A stretch of 29,299 nt of DNA from Octopus sinensis (lineage: Eukaryota). Position numbers and translations under genes: made by a program. The notes under the pieces are model-generated. The model was not told where the DNA came from. It did no database searches and was given only the letters and a program-made list of their open reading frames with translations. The stretch covers positions 1 through 29,299 of the forward strand of contig NW_021827542.1 in assembly GCF_006345805.1 (NCBI RefSeq), given 5' to 3'. Below, piece after piece: positions 29,259 through 29,299 of the stretch (the stretch's first letter is position 1; each line of letters opens with the position of its first letter).

Positions 29259-29299
29259 ATATATATATATAAACACTGGGCCATATATGTGTGTGTGTG

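Overview
A very AT-rich, microsatellite-dense animal genomic window. The SINE and retroposon families look like those I recall from octopus (coleoid cephalopod) genomes; this is recollection, not a database hit. I can support no intact host protein-coding gene, and nearly all long ORFs in the supplied track are translations of simple repeats. Supported content: many tRNA-headed SINEs in three families (several with exact 13-18 bp target-site duplications), RTE-type LINE fragments (RT, C-terminal zinc finger, BovB-like C-terminus), two non-autonomous Helitrons, Tc1/mariner-, hAT- and piggyBac-type MITEs, a foldback element, and a 1.7 kb 16-bp minisatellite. A two-fold symmetric CCAAT cluster at ~24.05 kb may be a promoter, and there are a few weak exon candidates. 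The most notable signal is absent from the ORF track: up to eight type-I hammerhead ribozyme motifs, most with a self-complementary stem III, sit in remnants I interpret as Penelope-like elements. Two keep a complete catalytic core (13915-13973 and 27885-27977, minus strand); the latter has an unusually long 59-nt stem II and lies inside a 16-bp inverted repeat.
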